In this document: in pieces, positions 19,001 to 25,000 of the stretch | How the letters are laid out: each line of letters begins with the position of its first letter | Numbering within the stretch: the first letter of the stretch is position 1 | Source of the DNA: Christensenella sp. UBA1260 | Lineage (GTDB): Bacteria; Bacillota; Clostridia; Christensenellales; CAG-917 | Assembly: GCA_002308155.1 (NCBI GenBank) | Contig: DBVQ01000012.1 | Location: forward strand, 3,819 to 30,358 | Direction of reading: 5' to 3' | DNA: 26,540 nucleotides | Notes under the pieces: model-generated | The model's input: only the letters and a program-made list of their open reading frames with translations | Told to the model about the DNA's origin: nothing | Databases searched by the model: none | Position numbers and translations under genes: made by a program

Positions 19001-22000
19001 GTCTATGATTCTGTTGAAGTCTTTGACACAGAGCTCTTCAAGAAAGACAGATACACATATTTCGAGGATGAGAACTACGAGACTATTGACAACGTCAACG
19101 GCAAGTATGCTGCTGTCGAAATCAATGGTTGGACTTATCTCCCGATCAGCATCTACAACCTCTACCACAAGGATGGCGAGGGCAAGCTCGTCAAGAACGA
19201 AGGCAACAAGTTCTTGACAGCTGGTGCAAACTACATCATCTACAACGGTGCAGAGAAGGCTGTTGACAGCTTGCGCACACGTAGATTCGGCTATGTCAAG
19301 TCTGATCTTGATCATGAATACACGCTTGACAAGAACGGCATGTACAAGAAGGTTGCAGATGAATATATCCTCATGGATTATGTCGAAGCAGAAACCTATG
19401 ACGGCGATCGCTATGTCAAGGAAGGCGAGTACTATCGTTCAGTGAGATATTACAACAGACTTGACGAGTTCTTTGTTGGTCTCAACATCGCAGTCGGCAG
19501 CGTTGATATGGGCTTTGAAGTCGGCGGATTGGAGTTCGGCTTTGGCGCAGGACAAACATTGCTTCCGGATTACATCAAGGACGGCAAAGAGCACACATAC
19601 AAGCTTTTGGGACAAGAATATGTCTATGACTCATTGGATGCGGATGCTGTTGCCAATACAAAAGACCTCAGCACCAACCCGTTCTATGATACAGTCATAA
19701 GAGTTGCATTCTCTGTTGAACTTGACTTTTCTATCACAGAAAGCACATTTGACTTCGGCAAGATTTTGCACAACATCTTGGGCGACATTGATGGTATTGT
19801 GTTTGAAGCTCCAAGCACGGCAAAGCACTATTCATCCGCACACTTCCGTCTTGATTTCAGCCTCATGCTCGACATGTACGACGTCACGAACTCCGAGCTC
19901 ACGGCAGAACTCTTTGCGGTCACAGAAACAGGCTATCAATCCAAGTGGCTTGGCATTTACTATCTCAACAATGCACTCTATATTGACGCAGAAGATTTCC
20001 TCAACATCCCGAAGATCTCAATCAGTGGTCTCAACATAGTTGACCTTCTCGGCGATATTTTGGGCATGGATGGCAACGATATCTTCATCCATTGGGACGA
20101 CTTTGCAGAGTCGAGCTCTGATGCAATGACTTCTGACGATGCAGAAGTTGACTTCTCCAACAAGGACCTTGCTGCGGCATTCCTTATCAGCAGAAATCAC
20201 CTTGCAATTGCTATCGGCGACAAGATGTTTGACTATATCATCAATCTTATCTCCGAGCTCACAGATATTGATCTGTCCAAGTTCATCTACACAGCAATTG
20301 ATGGCAACTTGCTCGTCACACTTGATACAAACGACGGCATCAACCTCGAAGCACAAGCTGGCTTGCAGATTGCAGGTGACAGATTCAATGTTGTCGGCAA
20401 GGCTTCATCTGTCAAGAACAATGTCATCACAAACTTGAAGGCGAACACAAAGGAATACTATGTGTTCAGACCGGCTGATGACGCAAGAGCAACAGCACTT
20501 GGTCAAGATGCATATTACATCTCTGCAAACAGCGGACAATACTTCCGTGCAATCACACCAACTGACAAAGAAACGACAAAATATGTCAAGTACATGGTCA
20601 GCTATTTGACAAATGGTTTGGATGAGACAGTTTTGATTGGCAGATTGGTGCTCGACGGCGGCATTTTGGACGATGCTGATGAGTACATTGCCATTGACAG
20701 TGAAGAAAGCGTCTATGAGCTTGTCTCCGGCGATTCAACAAACCAAGCACTCGTCAAAGACGGAGGCAAGTATGACATCGACCTCAAGTTGTTGCTTGCA
20801 ATCCGCGACCTTGACGTACAATTTATCAATTCAAGAAACTACTCCTTGACGGAGGAAGACTTTGACCAATATATGAGTCTCAACGACCTCGACCGTATCA
20901 GCCTCACTGAGAAGATCGAGATTTCGCCAAGCCTCAAAGTCAGTGTTGATGGCGAAAACGACATTGACCTTGCAGAGCTTATTGAATACTTCTTGCCAGG
21001 CATCAGCAGCACGGATGTCATCACTCTCATTTCAGCAAAATCTGACAGCGGCACAGACGTTGACAGACAATTCTGGCTTGAGCTTACAGTTGATATCCAA
21101 CTTGCCGCACTCATGAATGCAGTGCGTACAAGCATGAGCAAGGGCACAGAAGGCGACTTGCCAATCATTGAGTATGTCAACATGCTCATCGACAAGATCA
21201 AAGGCGTGTTCGATGGCGGATTGTCAGTTGATGCAATCATTGATATCGTGCAAGATGTCGCAAGTTATATTGGTATTTCCGCAAAGATCACAACCCTCAA
21301 CGGCGAAGAGAAAGCACATGGCGAAGATCCGCATACAGTTGCAGGTCTCTATCTCCTCGGCGGCAAGTATGAACTCATGACTGCAAACGAGTACTACGAA
21401 GCAGACAACGACTATGTCGCACCGGATGAGAGATACAGCCACTACTATGAGAACAGCAAGGGCAGCTACTATTACAAGGAAGGTTATGCTGAATTGTCTG
21501 GCGCAGAACTTGTGTCCTATGAAGGCCCAAGATACAGCTTTGTCAACAACGAGTACGTTGCAGATCCAGACGGCACATTCAAGAACGTTGGCGAATATGT
21601 CTATGACACGACAAAGACAGGCGTGACAAGATATTCGTATGACTCATCTTACTGCTATGAAAACCCACTTGGCGAATATTCTCGTATCAATGGTGGTATT
21701 TATATCGACCTCAGCTACTTCAACATTCCAAGTCTCTATATCAACAGTAGAACGATGAGAAAGCTGCTTGGCAACTTGCCATCAATCCTTGGCTCGTTTG
21801 GTATCAACCTTGGCGGCGATGCAGAGTCCAGTGGCGAAGCAATGATCTCTGATGATACACAAGAGAACGAGGAGAGCGGCGAAGGCGGCGGAATTCAACT
21901 TCCACTCATTGACGATACAGTCAGCGGCTATCTCAAGACCTTCCTCTATGGCATCAGAATGACATCATCCTATATTGCTGTCATGCTTGATCCAAACTAT

Positions 22001-25000
22001 ATCAACAGCATCTTGAAGCTTATCGGCGGTGAAGACTTCACACTTCAATTTGGTTATGACTTCACAAACAAGCCTGAACTCAAGATCTATTCTGACAACC
22101 ACAGATACAACTATATGTCAATGACCGACGTGCTTGCTTCGAGCAACACAGCAGAACTTGTCAACAAGACAAGATACAGATTTGTTGTTGAAGAAGTTGA
22201 CGGCAAAGAAAACGGCATGTACTGGAAAGACGAAGACGGCGCGTTCTTCTTGAAGACAGATATGACTGTTTCTCAACGCAAGAACTACGATGCTGCTGTT
22301 GATGCAGGCACAGAGCACTACTACGACATCAGTGTTGTTGACGTCTACATCAGAGTTGACGCCAAGTATGTGCTTTACAAGAACGCAACAACGTCTCAAA
22401 TCAGACGTTCTGACAAAGACCCAGTTCTTGATGCTCAAGGCATTGTGTTCCCACAACTCTTTGTTGAAAATACAGATCATGATCTTGTCCCAGTCTCATC
22501 TTATGGCAATGACAAGATTTACTGCGTCAACGTCCTTGACAAGCGCAACCCACTCATTGGTTTGCAACTCTATTTGTGGAACTATGAAGTTGCACTCAAC
22601 ATCTATATGCCTGAGTTTGATGCTCGTGAGTTTGTCTATGTCACGGCAGAAGAAGCAGAAGCAAAGCATGTTGATGCTCCTGATGGTGCAAAATATACAA
22701 CTCAAGTCCAAGAACTCATGACCGCTGTGGACAGAGAACTCGACGGACTTGATCAATGGTATGCAGATTATTATGACAGCGGCGACTTCAACGGCGCATT
22801 TGTCCCTGCTTTGTATAATGCATCACCACGTTATTATGAATATAAGAATCAATATTATGTAATCGACGTTGACACGCTCTGCGTAAAGAACGGTGACAAC
22901 TATGATCCTGTTGGCACAATGGTCGATTATATGGCACAAATCGCAGACGAAGTGAGCCCTGCAACTTACTATGTGAAAGTTGGCACTGCCTACGTCAAAC
23001 TTCAAAGATCATTTGTCTACAGAAAGACTGTGTACGATCTCGACGGCAAACGCTTGCTTGAAGCAAACGAACTTGATGACAACTTTGCAGAAGCAACAGC
23101 AGGTTCATACAAGCTTGTCGGCAATGAATATGTCGCACTCAGCGCAGCAGAGCTCGGCACATACGTTGGACCAAGATTCAGAAATGAGGGTGTCGGCATC
23201 TACATTGAAGATCATGCAGGCACATACGGCATAAACGAAGACGGCGAATACTTTGCTCTCACAAGTGACCAAAAGGGCGAGTTTACAGGCACAAGATACA
23301 CCAAGTACTTCGTACGCGACGTGCAACCAAGCCTTGTCAGACAACCTGACATCACTTATGTTGACACGGATGACATCTTCTATGTCTCATTGAAGCTCTC
23401 CGGCAGAATTGCGTTTGAAGGCGGAAGAATCTACTCCTCATACAGCGATTATAGATCACTCTACAATGCAATCCCAGCCCATGCGGCTCTCGATGAAGCA
23501 AGCGCAGACATGAGCAATGCTGACTGGGAAGTCATCAAGTACATCTCATTCAAGTACTTCCATGGCGACTATGTACAAGTGACCGACCGCGATGAAGTTG
23601 AAGCCCTCAGAAAGAGCGGTGCGCTCTACATTTGGGCAAACAACTCCGCATATTCCGACAAGTACAGCGGTGTCAACGAACCGTTGAACGAAGTTTTGAG
23701 AGGCATCCTCGGCGACATGCAAGGTTACTTCCAAGTCACTGAGAATACAAAGATGGAAATCTTCTTTGAAATCAAACTCAACATGAGCTTTGAAATCAAC
23801 TTCATGCCTGCATTCAACATCATCGTCAGAGACCTTGACTTTGCGTTTGATGCATTTGGCAGACAAGAAGACTTGAAGACCAACCCAATCGATGTTGACT
23901 ATGACGAATCTCAATATGAGTACTTGACAGAAGAGGAGAGAGCAAACCACACAGACAAACGCTACTATGGTTCACTCACTCACGTGCTCGGCATCTACTA
24001 CAGCAACGACCACGACACAGGCAATGCAGGCCTCTATATTGACCTCAGCTGGTTGCTTGGCAACGGCGGCAAGATGTACATCGATTTGAGCGAGTACTCA
24101 GTTGAAGATGTCATTGGTGGACTCGTTGGCGACTTGCTTGCCGGCACATCCTCCGATGCACTCACTTCGGACGAAACAAAACCGACGGATAAATTAAGCA
24201 TCAACTTGTCAACAAGAAAACCGTCAATTTATATCAACATATTCACAAACGCACTTGCACTCAAGTTGACTTCAAGCTTCTTGAGCGTCATCATTGCAGA
24301 GCTTGCTCCGGATTCCGGCAACATCCTTGAGATGCTTCCGAACTTCCAAATCTACTTGAAGCAAACTCTCAATCCATATGACTTGACTCTCGGCATCTTG
24401 CTCTACAACGAAGCGGGCGACGTGCCGATCCTCGACGTCAAGATGCAAGTGTACGGACTCAACGGCGACGAATTGTCATCAAGCGTCAAGTTCGGCAGAG
24501 AAGAAGACTTCCGTAGAGACGAAGCAGCACATTCTGACGATCCAAACTACAACATCTTCTACTATGCAAACTTCTACAACGATCAAGAGAACGGTCAGTA
24601 TGCAAAGAACAAGACGTCAAAGGGCTACGTCAAAGTTGACGACACATATATTGCAAATACGTTTGAACAAAGCAGCCTTGGCAGATACAAATACGAGGGC
24701 GGAAGATACTTGCCAATGACGGAAGAAGAAGCCGGTACTTTCAAGGGCGAGAGATACACGTCCGGTGGTACTCCTGCGGCAGATGGTGCCTACAAGAAGG
24801 TCAATGAGAGCTATGAGGCCCTCACTGCAACTGAAAGAGGTACATACACAGGCGTCAGATACTTGACACACACACCGTATGAGAGATTCTCATTGCCAGG
24901 CGGCAAGTTTGTTGAAGTCACAAGCAAGGCAAGATATGCATTTGGCTCAACTCACGTGAACACATACGACAACATCCTCTATGGCGATGAAGCTGGTCTT

